A DNA stretch of 64,000 nt, from assembly GCA_041494885.1 (NCBI GenBank), contig JBGQBO010000007.1, positions 68,359-132,358 of the forward strand, read 5' to 3'. The DNA comes from Terriglobia bacterium. Lineage in GTDB: Bacteria > Acidobacteriota > Terriglobia > JAIQFV01. The notes under the pieces are model-generated. The model worked only from the letters and a program-made list of their open reading frames with translations, had not been told where the DNA came from and did not search any database. Shown here in pieces: positions 9,162 to 19,304 of the stretch. The stretch's first letter is position 1. The number at the start of each line of letters is the position of its first letter. A program made the translations under genes and the position numbers.

Positions 9162-9959
9162 ATGTCGCAAACAATTGAAAAAAAAAGACCTGCTGTTCTC
9201 ACGATTGCCGGATTCGACCCCAGCGGTGGGGCCGGGATAGCCGCCGATTTAAAGACCTTTGCTGCCTGTGGCACTTATGGCATTGCTGCCATTACGGCCC
9301 TCACGATCCAGAATACCGTTGAGGTCCGCCAGATTGTCCCCATCGAGCCCCAGATCTTGATCCGGCAGATTGAGTGTGTGGTCAGCGACATTCCCCCTAG
9401 TGCAGTAAAGGTCGGCATGGTGGGCACAAAAGAAAATGTGGAGGCATTAATCAAGTACCTGAGGTCAAGCAAACTCCGAAATGTGGTGATCGATCCTGTC
9501 ATCCGCTCTTCCTCAGGCAGTCCCCTTCTTGCAGAAAATGCCATCGAGTTGTTTAGATCGCAATTACTGCCACTGGCTGATTGCCTCACCCCTAATATCG
9601 ATGAAGCCGGCATCCTTTCCGGCTCCAGGGTAAGTAATATTGAGGAAATGAAAAAGGCATCAAGGCAGATCGTCGCGTTGGGAGCCAGAGCGGTTGTCAT
9701 TACAGGCGGGCACTTGAATGAGCCGACCGATGTTCTATTTGACGGTGAGTCGTACGAAATCTTTGCCGGACGCAGAGTCGGTCCACAAGGCACCCATGGG
9801 ACGGGCTGCACTTTCTCCTCCGCCTTGGCCGCCTTTCTCGCCTTGGGACAAGCTTTGAACCTGGCAATCGCCAACGCGAAAAAATATGTCACCAAGGCGC
9901 TCCAACAATCCTACCCCATGGGTCGAGGGCGATCCCCCCTGAACCATTTCCCGGATTGA
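9162..9959 (+). CDS. thiD: Hydroxymethylpyrimidine/phosphomethylpyrimidine kinase ThiD.
   Basis: 265-aa ORF. LTIAGFDPSGGAGIAADLKTFAA and the PfkB-like fold are typical of ThiD. Confidence 0.85.
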   Translation: MSQTIEKKRPAVLTIAGFDPSGGAGIAADLKTFAACGTYGIAAITALTIQNTVEVRQIVPIEPQILIRQIECVVSDIPPSAVKVGMVGTKENVEALIKYLRSSKLRNVVIDPVIRSSSGSPLLAENAIELFRSQLLPLADCLTPNIDEAGILSGSRVSNIEEMKKASRQIVALGARAVVITGGHLNEPTDVLFDGESYEIFAGRRVGPQGTHGTGCTFSSALAAFLALGQALNLAIANAKKYVTKALQQSYPMGRGRSPLNHFPD

Positions 9960-10315
9960 TTCCGGTCATTCTTATCGATCCATGTCCCCTTGTCGCCTCC
10001 AAAAATTACCGGGATCCGAAGCAAATCTCAATTAACACCGGGCACTCATTTTCCTCTTGAGATTGTTCTCAAAAGGTACCCGAAGGCGAGTGGATCAGGT
10101 TCGAAAGAACCAATTTGAGTCTTTAGGTTGACATTTTCATGGCTAGTAAACTTGGAAAGATGATCTTCTGTAACCGTCTCATTCTGTTTCACAAATAAGA
10201 CCAAGCGTCATGATTCGTAAGTCACGATGAGGAATGATTCATCAAAAAACACCTTGCACCGTGTCGGTCGAAGTGATATAGCTTTGGCCGTTCTTGGTGG
10301 ATGGATGTGCTGACG

Positions 10316-10684
10316 ATGAAGCGAATAGCCTTTCGAATCCTGATAACAGTCTTTACCCTGGTACTGGGGACGCAGGTCTTGTGCGGTCAGACTCTATGCG
10401 ATTTATTGACCTCAATGCCCTGCTGCCCAAGTGAACAGGGTTCCACCATGCCAAAGGCGCCCTCTCCTGGTAATGATTGTTGCGTCATTGGCGCCCCTGC
10501 AGTCACCAATCATTTCACTGTAGATTCTCGTGTGAGTCCTGATTCCTCAAATCTTCAGACCTGCTCCATGCACTCGGAGGGTTTCAAGCTTCATTCGGTT
10601 GATCCTGCCGACACCGCGTTCTCATGGCATTCCCCGCAAACTCTCTACGATTGTCCTGAAAAACTCTCTGTCTTCCGCATCTGA
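10316..10684 (+). CDS. Small secreted Cys-rich protein (hypothetical, candidate periplasmic metal-binding or regulatory protein upstream of czcCBA).
   Basis: ORF with an N-terminal signal-peptide-like segment MKRIAFRILITVFTLVLG. Cys motifs are CGQTLC, PCCP, DCC. The start could be 10301 or 10316. Confidence 0.4.
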   Translation: MKRIAFRILITVFTLVLGTQVLCGQTLCDLLTSMPCCPSEQGSTMPKAPSPGNDCCVIGAPAVTNHFTVDSRVSPDSSNLQTCSMHSEGFKLHSVDPADTAFSWHSPQTLYDCPEKLSVFRI

Positions 10685-10841
10685 TCTAGTCCTCGCCCGT
10701 TTTGGCCTCAAAGCCGTTGTGTGTCTCCCATTCTGAAGCACCCTTCAGGCTTTGACCGTTCTCCATTCGCGCCTTCCCGATGGATGTCAGACCAACCTAT
10801 CGCGAAGAAACGAACATCAATTTTTACGACGAGGACTTAAC

Positions 10842-11273
10842 ATGAAACCAGATTCCTTTTTGAAGAAGGCGGCCCTGCTGATCCTGGCAACAGCAGTTTT
10901 AAGTCTCATTGCGAATACCCGGGCAGCAGCTCACGATCCAAAGCTCCACGCTGAGGCCAAGAAGGCAACTCAGGAGATCACCATCACCGGAGAGGTGATT
11001 GAACCTGGTTGTTTCCTTATCCACGGGGCCCGTGGCGCCGACCATAAATCTTGCGCCGAAATGTGTGCCAAGGGGGGTAGTACGCTGACCGTCCTCGATG
11101 AGAAAACGAACACCCTGTATATCCCCATTTCGCCGGAACATGGGAAAGACCCCAATGAAAAGCTGCTTCCTTACGCTGGCGAACGGGTGACCCTCAAGGG
11201 GCTTGCGATAAACAAATACGGTTATCACGCCATCGCGATCAAATCCGTGACCCGCGCCGAGGACAAGAAGTGA
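10842..11273 (+). CDS. Small secreted hypothetical protein with Cys/His cluster (GCFLIHGARGADHKSCAEMCAKGG).
   Basis: ATG at 10842 is preceded by RBS gagga. Signal peptide KKAALLILATAVLSLIANTRAAA. It lies immediately upstream of czcC. Confidence 0.45.
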   Translation: MKPDSFLKKAALLILATAVLSLIANTRAAAHDPKLHAEAKKATQEITITGEVIEPGCFLIHGARGADHKSCAEMCAKGGSTLTVLDEKTNTLYIPISPEHGKDPNEKLLPYAGERVTLKGLAINKYGYHAIAIKSVTRAEDKK

Positions 11274-11403
11274 GTGGCCTTCGGTCCGGGCATTTTGCGA
11301 GAAGCCTGGCAATGTCACCCCGTGGAGGCAGGCCACGACCCTGCGCTCCGCTGGATTCTCGCTGAAAAAGAAATTCCGAAATTCATGTACGGAGTTCAGA
11401 ACA

Positions 11404-12825
11404 ATGTCAAAACAAAACCATGGAATCATCCTCACCCTGGCCCTTTTAGCTTTGAGTTTGACCGCTCGGCCCCTGGTTGCCCAAACCTCCAGCCATGCGG
11501 AATCGCCCGTTTCGAAGAACCTTTTGACGCCGCGGCTCCCGGATCTTGCTCAATCGGCGGGGACAACCTCGAGCCTATCCCCTTCGAACAAAGACGCCCA
11601 ATACAATGTTCCCCCCGAGGAACTCTCGCCAAAGTCGGAGTCCGTCCTCCGTCTCCAGGATCTCATTGCGGAAGCATTGTCGAATAATCCGGAGATCCAG
11701 GCTGCGGAGCGAATGGTGGATTCGAAGCGGGCGGTCCCGCCGCAGCAGCGCTCACTTCCCGACCCCATGATTTCAGGCGGATGGATGGGCAATATTGTCC
11801 CGCCTTTTTCCATTCAGACGGGCGACCCCTCCAGCGCCCGGGTGCTGAGCCTTTCCCAGGAAATTCCTTTCCCGGGAAAGTTGGCGCTCCGGGGCCGTAT
11901 AGCGGACACAGAGGCTGATGCAGAACGGTGGAACTATGAGCGGACGAAATGGGCGGTCATTTCCAATCTCAAGCAGACCTATTACGATCTGGCTTTCATC
12001 GAGAAATCCATCCAGACGGTCGAAAAGGACAAAGACCTTCTCGAAAAACTGGCAAAGATCGCTGAGGTGCGCTATTCCGTAGGCAAAGGAATGCAGCAGG
12101 ACGTTATCCGGGCCCAGGTGGAAGTTTCCAAGCTCTTGGAGCGGTTGACGCTTCTGGAACAACGCAAAGGCGTCGCTGAAGCAATGCTCCGCAGCATTCT
12201 TTATCGTCCCCCTGACGCACCCCTGGGGGTTCCTGCCGAGGTCACAAAAGCAGAAGTTCCCTACTCGCTCACCGAACTCGAAGGCATCGCGGAGGCCAAT
12301 GCGCCTGATATGAAATCTCAGGAGCGGGAAATCGATAGGAACCAACTGGCCCTGAGCCTCGCAAGAAAAGACTACTACCCGGACTTCGGTGTCGGGTTCA
12401 CCTACTTCAACCGGCCTCAAATGCCGGAAATGTATGGGGTCAATTTCACTGCAAAAATCCCGCTCTACTTCTGGAAGAAGCAGCGATATGGCGTGGAGGA
12501 AGCGGCCTCTGGACTGGTCAGTTCAAAGAAGCGGACCGAAGCCGTCAAAGCCAACCTCTTTTTTAAGGTGAAGGACCAATACCTGGCCATGAAGGCTTCT
12601 GAACGACTGATGGACCTTTACTCGAAAGCCATTGTGCCCCAATCGACCCTGGCGCTCGACTCATCGCTCTCGGGTTACCAGGTAGGAAATATCGACTTTC
12701 TCAGCATGCTCAGCAATTTCCTGACCGTGCTTGATTACGAACTGAATTACTACGATTCCCTGACCAATTACCAGAAAGCGGTGGCCCGGCTCGAGGAAGT
12801 CGCAGGCACCGTTCTTTCAAAGTAG
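11404..12825 (+). CDS. czcC: TolC-family outer membrane efflux protein (CzcC/CusC-like), set 1.
   Basis: 473-aa ORF with a signal peptide and two OEP repeats. It is the first gene of a C-B-A operon whose stop/start codons overlap. Confidence 0.8.
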   Translation: MSKQNHGIILTLALLALSLTARPLVAQTSSHAESPVSKNLLTPRLPDLAQSAGTTSSLSPSNKDAQYNVPPEELSPKSESVLRLQDLIAEALSNNPEIQAAERMVDSKRAVPPQQRSLPDPMISGGWMGNIVPPFSIQTGDPSSARVLSLSQEIPFPGKLALRGRIADTEADAERWNYERTKWAVISNLKQTYYDLAFIEKSIQTVEKDKDLLEKLAKIAEVRYSVGKGMQQDVIRAQVEVSKLLERLTLLEQRKGVAEAMLRSILYRPPDAPLGVPAEVTKAEVPYSLTELEGIAEANAPDMKSQEREIDRNQLALSLARKDYYPDFGVGFTYFNRPQMPEMYGVNFTAKIPLYFWKKQRYGVEEAASGLVSSKKRTEAVKANLFFKVKDQYLAMKASERLMDLYSKAIVPQSTLALDSSLSGYQVGNIDFLSMLSNFLTVLDYELNYYDSLTNYQKAVARLEEVAGTVLSK

Positions 12826-12843
12826 CATAGCAAGGAGACGAGC

Positions 12844-14577
12844 ATGTTCTTAAACAAATCAAAGGGTCTTTTCATTTTATTCATTGTGGTCGCGCTGGCG
12901 GGCGCCTACTGGGTCCACGCCCGCGGTTATTTCGTTTTTCCCGTACGTCAAAGCTCGGATCCGCAGCAGCCGGTCTCCAAGGCGCCGGGTGAACGAAAAA
13001 TCCTCTACTGGGTCGATGCGATGAATCCGGCGCACAAATCCGACCGGCCTGGAAAGGCGCCCGACGGCATGGATCTCGTCCCGGTTTATGCTGAAGGTGA
13101 GAGGGCGACGGTGACGAGTAAACGAAAAATCCTCTACTGGGTGGATCCCATGCATCCCGCTTACAAATCCGACAAGCCCGGCACGGCCCCCGATTGCGGC
13201 ATGACTTTGGTCCCGGTGTATGCCGACGGCGGTGGAGAATCGGTCGGCGACAATCTACCCCCTGGCGCCGTTAAGATCTCAGCGACCAAACAACAGTTGA
13301 TCGGGGTACAGTTCGGTCAGGTTCAATATGGCCCGGTGGAGAGGACCATCCGTGCTGTCGGCCACATCGCCTTTGACGAGACAAAAATAGTCCGCGTTCA
13401 TACAAAAATTTCAGGCTGGATCGACAAGGTTTTCGTGGATTACACCGGACAATTGGTGAAAAAAGGCCAGCCGTTGTTCACGGTGTACTCCCCCGATCTC
13501 GTCTCCACTCAGGAAGAGTTCCTGATCGGTCTCAAAGCGAAACAATATTTGAGCGACAGCCAGTTCAAGGACGTCTCCATGGGGGCGCAGAGCCTTTACA
13601 ACGCATCCCGCCGACGGTTGCAGCTTTGGGACATCAGTGACAAACAAATTGAAGAACTCGAAAGAACCCAAAAACCGATGCGGGATATGACCCTCTACGC
13701 ACCTGATGACGGCTTCGTGACCAAGCGGAATGCCTTTCCTAAACAGCAAGTGAACCCCGACACGGAAGTTTACGAGCTCGCGGATCTTTCCACCATTTGG
13801 GTGCTCGCAGACGTTTATGAATACGAGCTTCCTGAAGTCAAACTCGGCCAGACGGCCAGAGTCAATCTCACCTACTTCCCGGGAAAGATCTTTGCCGGCA
13901 AAGTCTCTTACATTTATCCTGAAGTCGACAACACCACCCGCACCGCGAAAATCCGCATCGAGCTACCGAACGCGGACTTCCGGCTGAAACCCGACATGTA
14001 CGCCAGCGTGGAGTTGCAATTAAATTATGGCAAGCAGCTTTCCGTTCCTCAAGAAGCGGTGCTGGATTCAGGCACTGAGCAGACCGTTTTTGTCGCCCTG
14101 GGAAACGGCTATTTCGAGCCCCGCAAAGTCCAAGTGGGCGCCAAGGTCGACAATCGATACATTGTGCTCTCGGGACTGAAGCCGCAGGAAAATGTTGTCA
14201 CGTCCGGCAATTTCCTGATTGATTCGGAAAGCCAGTTGAAATCGGCCGTGGCAGCCATGGCGGGGATGCCGGGAATGAGCCAGGGAGAGCAAGGTGGTAA
14301 GCGAACGCAGAATCCGCAAGAACCGATGGCTCCGAAGCTGGGGTTGAGTCCCGCCCCACAGGAGCCAACCACTCCGACGGATCACTCCCAGCCTCCGATG
14401 AACAAACCCGCGAGTCCGCCGAAGAAATCGGCTCCCAAATCCTTATCCGGGATCGATCATTCCAAACACCCAATGGGAGGAGTGGATCATTCCGGGCACG
14501 AGCAGAAGTCATCAGGAAGCAGACACGCGGGACCTGCTGCCTCGACTAAGAAGAAACCGGCGGAGGATAAACAATGA
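12844..14577 (+). CDS. czcB: Heavy-metal efflux RND periplasmic adaptor (CzcB/CusB-like). It has two tandem degenerate N-terminal metal-binding-domain repeats and a His-rich C-terminal tail.
   Basis: 577-aa ORF with an HlyD/MFP core. The N-terminus has RKILYWVDAMNPAHKSDRPGKAPDGMDLVPVYA and RKILYWVDPMHPAYKSDKPGTAPDCGMTLVPVYA. The C-terminus has HSKHPMGGVDHSGHEQ. Confidence 0.85.
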   Translation: MFLNKSKGLFILFIVVALAGAYWVHARGYFVFPVRQSSDPQQPVSKAPGERKILYWVDAMNPAHKSDRPGKAPDGMDLVPVYAEGERATVTSKRKILYWVDPMHPAYKSDKPGTAPDCGMTLVPVYADGGGESVGDNLPPGAVKISATKQQLIGVQFGQVQYGPVERTIRAVGHIAFDETKIVRVHTKISGWIDKVFVDYTGQLVKKGQPLFTVYSPDLVSTQEEFLIGLKAKQYLSDSQFKDVSMGAQSLYNASRRRLQLWDISDKQIEELERTQKPMRDMTLYAPDDGFVTKRNAFPKQQVNPDTEVYELADLSTIWVLADVYEYELPEVKLGQTARVNLTYFPGKIFAGKVSYIYPEVDNTTRTAKIRIELPNADFRLKPDMYASVELQLNYGKQLSVPQEAVLDSGTEQTVFVALGNGYFEPRKVQVGAKVDNRYIVLSGLKPQENVVTSGNFLIDSESQLKSAVAAMAGMPGMSQGEQGGKRTQNPQEPMAPKLGLSPAPQEPTTPTDHSQPPMNKPASPPKKSAPKSLSGIDHSKHPMGGVDHSGHEQKSSGSRHAGPAASTKKKPAEDKQ

Positions 14578-17500
14578 TTAACAAGGTCATTGAAGCCTGC
14601 GCTCACAACAAATTCATCGTGTTCCTCCTCATCGGCATGGCCGTGCTGGCTGGTCTCTATTCGATGAAGAACATCACGCTCGATGCGATCCCGGATTTGT
14701 CGGACACACAAGTCATCATTTACTCACGCTGGGACCGAAGCCCGGACATCATGGAAGATCAGGTGACCTACCCGATCATTTCGGCGATGCTGGGGGTTCC
14801 TAAGGTCAAAGACATTCGTGGTTTTTCCGACTTCGGCTATTCCTACGTCTACATCATCTTCGAAGACGGCACCGACATCTACTGGGCTCGTTCGCGCACC
14901 CTGGAATACTTGAGCAACATCCTGCCCCGTCTGCCCCAGGGGGTGAACGTGGAATTAGCGCGCGATGAGACGGCGGTGGGATGGGTGTTTGAATATGCGC
15001 TGGTGGACAAGACTGGACAGAACAACCTGGCGCAGTTGCGGAGCTTCCAGGATTGGTATCTGCGCTATGCGCTCCAGGCAGTTCCCGGTGTTGCGGAAGT
15101 TGCTCCGATCGGCGGATTTGTCAAACAATACCAGGTCAACATCGATCCCAACGCGCTGTTGGCGTATGACATTCCCATAGACCGCGTCGTGCAGGCCGTG
15201 CGTCAAGGAAACAACGATGTCGGTGGCCGGCTGGTTGAGTTTTCCGGCCGTGAATACATGGTGCGCGGGCGTGGTTATATCAAGAAACTCGCAGACGTCG
15301 AAAACGTTGTCGTGGGGACAAGTAAACAAGGTGGAACTCCCATCCTGATCAAAAACCTGGGGACCGTGACTCTCGGCCCTGACATCCGGCGCGGCATCGC
15401 TGAACTGGATGGCGAGGGAGAGACCGTAGGCGCCGTGGTCATCATGCGCTATGGCGAAAATGCCTTGAAGGTGATCGAGAGGGTCCGGACCAAGCTTGAA
15501 GAGATGAAGGCGTCTCTGCCGCCGGGCGTCGAGATCGTGACCACCTATGATCGCGCGGAACTGATTCAACGCGCTATCGAGACCCTCAAAGGAACGCTGA
15601 TTGAAGAACTGACTATCGTCAGCATCGTTATTATGATCTTTCTCTGGCACATCCCCTCCGCCTTAGTCCCCATCGTCACGATTCCGATCACCATCATCAT
15701 CTCGTTTGTTCCGATGTACGCGATGGGACTGACCGCAAACATTATGAGTCTTGGGGGCATCGCGATCGCCATTGGCGCCATGGTCGATGCGGCCATTGTG
15801 GTCGTCGAGCAGACCCACAAGAAACTGGAGCACTGGGATACGGAAGGCCGCCATGGCAGCTACAAAGACGTCGTCATCGGCGCCGTGAAAGAGGTCGGTG
15901 GGCCGAGTTTCTTCGCCTTGCTGGTCATCGCTGTCGCCTTCATTCCCGTCTTCACGCTTCAAGGACAGGAAGGCCGGCTGTTCAAACCTCTCGCCTACAC
16001 GAAAAACTTTTCGATGGCCATTGCGGCTTTTCTTGCCATCACGCTTGACCCGGCGATCCGGTTACTGTTCACTCACATGGATCCTTACAAGTTTAAGCCC
16101 CGGTTCCTGGCCCGCATCGTCAATGCCGTGATGGTCGGCAAAATCCACAGCGAAGAGACGCACCCCATCAGCCGGCCGCTGATGAAACTCTATCATCCGG
16201 TCTGCGAATTTGTGCTGAGGTTTAAGTGGTTTGTGGTTGTGGCGGCGGTCCTCACGGTCGTCTTGACGATCCCGGTGTTCGAGAAACTCGGCTCAGAGTT
16301 CATGCCGCCGTTGAACGAAGGGGTGCTTCTCTACATGCCCACGACCTTGCCCGGCATGTCGGTCACTCAGAGTGCGCAATTGCTCCAGATCCAGGACAAG
16401 GTGCTCAAGAGCTTCCCCGAAGTGGAGCGCGTGTTTGGTAAGGCGGGACGTGCTGAGACCGCTACGGATCCTGCCCCTTTTTCAATGATGGAGACCGTCG
16501 TTGTGCTCAAGCCGGAATCCGAGTGGCCCAAGGTGCCGCAGTGGTATTCGTCCTGGGCGCCGAACTGGCTGCAAAATATCCTTCGGAAAGCATGGCCCGA
16601 CCATAAGCGGGTGGAAGATCTCATCTATGGACCCGGTGATTTGAATGAAGCCATGCAATTTCCCGGCGCCGTGAACGCGTGGACCATGCCCATTAAGGCC
16701 CGCGTGGACATGCTCACAACCGGGGTCCGCACACCCATCGGCATTAAGATCATGGGCGCCGATTTGGCGAAGGTGCAGGAGATCGGCGAGCACATTGAGA
16801 TAATTCTGCAAAAAGTGGGAGGCACGAAGAGCGTCTTCGCAGAGCGTACCGCGGGTGGTTACTTCCTGGATTTTGATCTCAAGCGGGAGCAACTTGCCCG
16901 TTACGGGATGACGATCGATCAGGCCAACGATGTCGTGATGTCGGCCATTGGGGGGGAAAACATAACGACGACGGTTGAAGGCCGCGAGCGCTATCCTGTC
17001 AACGTCCGATATATGCGTGACTATCGCAGCGACTTAAACCTCTTGGGACGTACCCTGGTCATGGCGCCTAACGGAACACAGATTCCTATCGCGCAGATCG
17101 CAGACATCAAAATGGTGACCGGTCCGGGAATGATTCGCGATGAAAACGGACGCTTGTCCGGCTATGTGTACGTCGATCTCGACACCACGAAGCGGGACAT
17201 CGGTGGTTACGTCGCGGATGCCAAGAAGGCTATCCGGTCCGAAGTACAACTTCCGCCCGGTTATCAATTGATCTGGAGCGGACAGTTCGAATACATGGAG
17301 CTTGCCAAGCAGCGCCTCTTTGTGGTGGTTCCCATCACGATCTTTGTGATTATCATGCTGCTCTACTTCAACACCCGTTCGATGACCAAGACCCTGATCA
17401 TCCTGGTGGCAGTCCCATTCTCCGCCGTTGGAGCGATCTGGTTCCTGTACTTCCTGGGATACAACATGAGCATCGCGGTATGGGTCGGACTGATTGCGTT

Positions 17501-17876
17501 GATGGGTGTGGACGCCGAGACGGGCATGTTCATGCTCCTGTACCTCGAGATCGCCTACCACGAAGCCCAAGCGAAGGGACTGATGAGGAACAAGGAAGAC
17601 TTGAAGGAGGCCATCCTGCACGGCGCGGTGAAGCGTCTCCGGCCCAAGGTGATGACGGTCGGGGTGATGTTCATGGGGCTCGTACCCATTATGTGGTCAA
17701 CCGGTAGTGGTGCTGATGTCATGAAACGCATCGCCGCGCCAATGATTGGAGGCATTTTCACCTCGTTTCTTCTGGAGCTGGCCGTCTATCCGGCCATCTA
17801 CGAGATCTGGAAGTGGTACTCCGAGGTGAGAAACAATTCCATCGCCGGCGCTGAACCCCCGGTGGTCACGAGTTAA
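14574..17876 (+). CDS. czcA: Heavy-metal efflux RND permease (HME family, CzcA/CusA-like), set 1.
   Basis: 1100-aa ORF with 12-TM AcrB/CzcA architecture. Its start overlaps the czcB stop. Confidence 0.9.
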   Translation: MINKVIEACAHNKFIVFLLIGMAVLAGLYSMKNITLDAIPDLSDTQVIIYSRWDRSPDIMEDQVTYPIISAMLGVPKVKDIRGFSDFGYSYVYIIFEDGTDIYWARSRTLEYLSNILPRLPQGVNVELARDETAVGWVFEYALVDKTGQNNLAQLRSFQDWYLRYALQAVPGVAEVAPIGGFVKQYQVNIDPNALLAYDIPIDRVVQAVRQGNNDVGGRLVEFSGREYMVRGRGYIKKLADVENVVVGTSKQGGTPILIKNLGTVTLGPDIRRGIAELDGEGETVGAVVIMRYGENALKVIERVRTKLEEMKASLPPGVEIVTTYDRAELIQRAIETLKGTLIEELTIVSIVIMIFLWHIPSALVPIVTIPITIIISFVPMYAMGLTANIMSLGGIAIAIGAMVDAAIVVVEQTHKKLEHWDTEGRHGSYKDVVIGAVKEVGGPSFFALLVIAVAFIPVFTLQGQEGRLFKPLAYTKNFSMAIAAFLAITLDPAIRLLFTHMDPYKFKPRFLARIVNAVMVGKIHSEETHPISRPLMKLYHPVCEFVLRFKWFVVVAAVLTVVLTIPVFEKLGSEFMPPLNEGVLLYMPTTLPGMSVTQSAQLLQIQDKVLKSFPEVERVFGKAGRAETATDPAPFSMMETVVVLKPESEWPKVPQWYSSWAPNWLQNILRKAWPDHKRVEDLIYGPGDLNEAMQFPGAVNAWTMPIKARVDMLTTGVRTPIGIKIMGADLAKVQEIGEHIEIILQKVGGTKSVFAERTAGGYFLDFDLKREQLARYGMTIDQANDVVMSAIGGENITTTVEGRERYPVNVRYMRDYRSDLNLLGRTLVMAPNGTQIPIAQIADIKMVTGPGMIRDENGRLSGYVYVDLDTTKRDIGGYVADAKKAIRSEVQLPPGYQLIWSGQFEYMELAKQRLFVVVPITIFVIIMLLYFNTRSMTKTLIILVAVPFSAVGAIWFLYFLGYNMSIAVWVGLIALMGVDAETGMFMLLYLEIAYHEAQAKGLMRNKEDLKEAILHGAVKRLRPKVMTVGVMFMGLVPIMWSTGSGADVMKRIAAPMIGGIFTSFLLELAVYPAIYEIWKWYSEVRNNSIAGAEPPVVTS

Positions 17877-17891
17877 GGAAGGATCGCTGTC

Positions 17892-19100
17892 TTGCCCTTT
17901 GTCCCCATTGCAGCCATCGCTGTTGGAACCATCGCCTTGCTGGTGAGCGGGCGCTCGGCTCTGAAGTTAGGCGTGAGTCAGGCGGCCGGGTTGAGCTTCG
18001 GCTTGTGTGCGATCGCCGTGGCTGTGGCGCTGATTCCGAATGAATGGCGTATGTGGCTGGGAGGCGACGCAACAGGCGATCACCTCCTGACATATGTCCG
18101 CGGAGTGGGATTAACCGGATTATTGTTTCTTGCGGGGTTGCGGCTCCATTCGGAGGAACCCCGCCGGGCAGGGCAAATCTGCTTCTTCGCGACGGGTATG
18201 AGCGCGTTGGGAGGAGTGGTGGCGATTCTGGTGTTGATGAAACTTGCGCGAGCAGAAGCCGGGCCGGCCGTGTTAATGACCGCAGCAATGCTCGGCTCAA
18301 GTGTGTGGATTGCTGGCGAGTTGTCATTCCACCCCGCGAACCCAGCAGCCAAGTCCATCGCATCCGCAAGAATCGCGTCCAGTTCGGTGATTTGTTTCTG
18401 GATCCTGGTTGTGCACTTTTTCTCGATTTTTCAAGAACTCGGTGCCAGACATGCGTCCCGATCCGCATTCCTAGTGGTCGGAAGCTATGAGCTGTTGAAA
18501 TGGGTGCTCTTCTTTGCTTCGGCTTATTGGATAGGGGCCCGGTTGCTCAGTCGCGCAGAAGTTCGGCCAAGGGCATGGTCTGCCTCCCCCCGCTTCCTGC
18601 TCTTTGCGGTTTTGGCCTTCGGTTTTGCTGTGTTTGCGCTTGGCCAGCTCGGAGCCTTCGCGTGGGCTTATCTGGCCGGTGCTCTCTTTAACCGAATCAA
18701 GACAGGAACAGAACTCAGCGAAAGCCGGCATCCCTTGAGCAATGCGCTCCTCGTTTGCTTTATCTTCCTTCCGATGTTCCTGCAGTCTCATGGGAGGAGA
18801 GTGACCGGTGTGGGGATACTTCTGGTCGTCGTGGGCCTTGTCCTACTGACTAAATTCGGTCTCATGAGATCGGTTGCACTATGGGGGGGCGATTCCCCAA
18901 GTGAGGCAAATGTCTTCGCTTCTGCAACCATGGCCTCCGGAGAGATGGCAATCATGTTTCTTGGATTTGGCATGACAAAATGGCTCATCGACGGCCCCAC
19001 TTACTTTGCCATACTCGCTTTTGCATTGCTATCGATCCTGCTCGGCCCCGTTCTTCTTCAATTCACAGGCCGGCAGAAAGATATTCTGGTTAGCTCATGA
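17892..19100 (+). CDS. Polytopic membrane protein, cation:proton antiporter-like (about 11-12 TM).
   Basis: 402-aa ORF with TTG start directly after czcA. It is almost entirely hydrophobic helices. It is not a CDF (CzcD) architecture. Confidence 0.45.
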   Translation: MPFVPIAAIAVGTIALLVSGRSALKLGVSQAAGLSFGLCAIAVAVALIPNEWRMWLGGDATGDHLLTYVRGVGLTGLLFLAGLRLHSEEPRRAGQICFFATGMSALGGVVAILVLMKLARAEAGPAVLMTAAMLGSSVWIAGELSFHPANPAAKSIASARIASSSVICFWILVVHFFSIFQELGARHASRSAFLVVGSYELLKWVLFFASAYWIGARLLSRAEVRPRAWSASPRFLLFAVLAFGFAVFALGQLGAFAWAYLAGALFNRIKTGTELSESRHPLSNALLVCFIFLPMFLQSHGRRVTGVGILLVVVGLVLLTKFGLMRSVALWGGDSPSEANVFASATMASGEMAIMFLGFGMTKWLIDGPTYFAILAFALLSILLGPVLLQFTGRQKDILVSS

Positions 19101-19304
19101 ATCCTGTGGAAACGGCGGAACAACTGGAAAGCAAACAATGAAAAAAGAGAGAGTGTTAACCCTTTCATAATCTGAGGTAGGCTGAGTTCGCGCCTTCAAG
19201 CAAATTGATTCTGGCTTATCACATGATGTAGCCTGATCTGAATCAGACCAGTTTGTATTGAACGATAATACAGCAGCATCTGCAGGACAGTTGGAGGAAA
19301 AGCC

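Noticed and set aside
17866-18468. 200-aa minus-strand ORF downstream of czcA1
   Set aside because: It is antisense to the hydrophobic antiporter-like gene and is Arg/Ser/Pro-rich, which is shadow-ORF composition.
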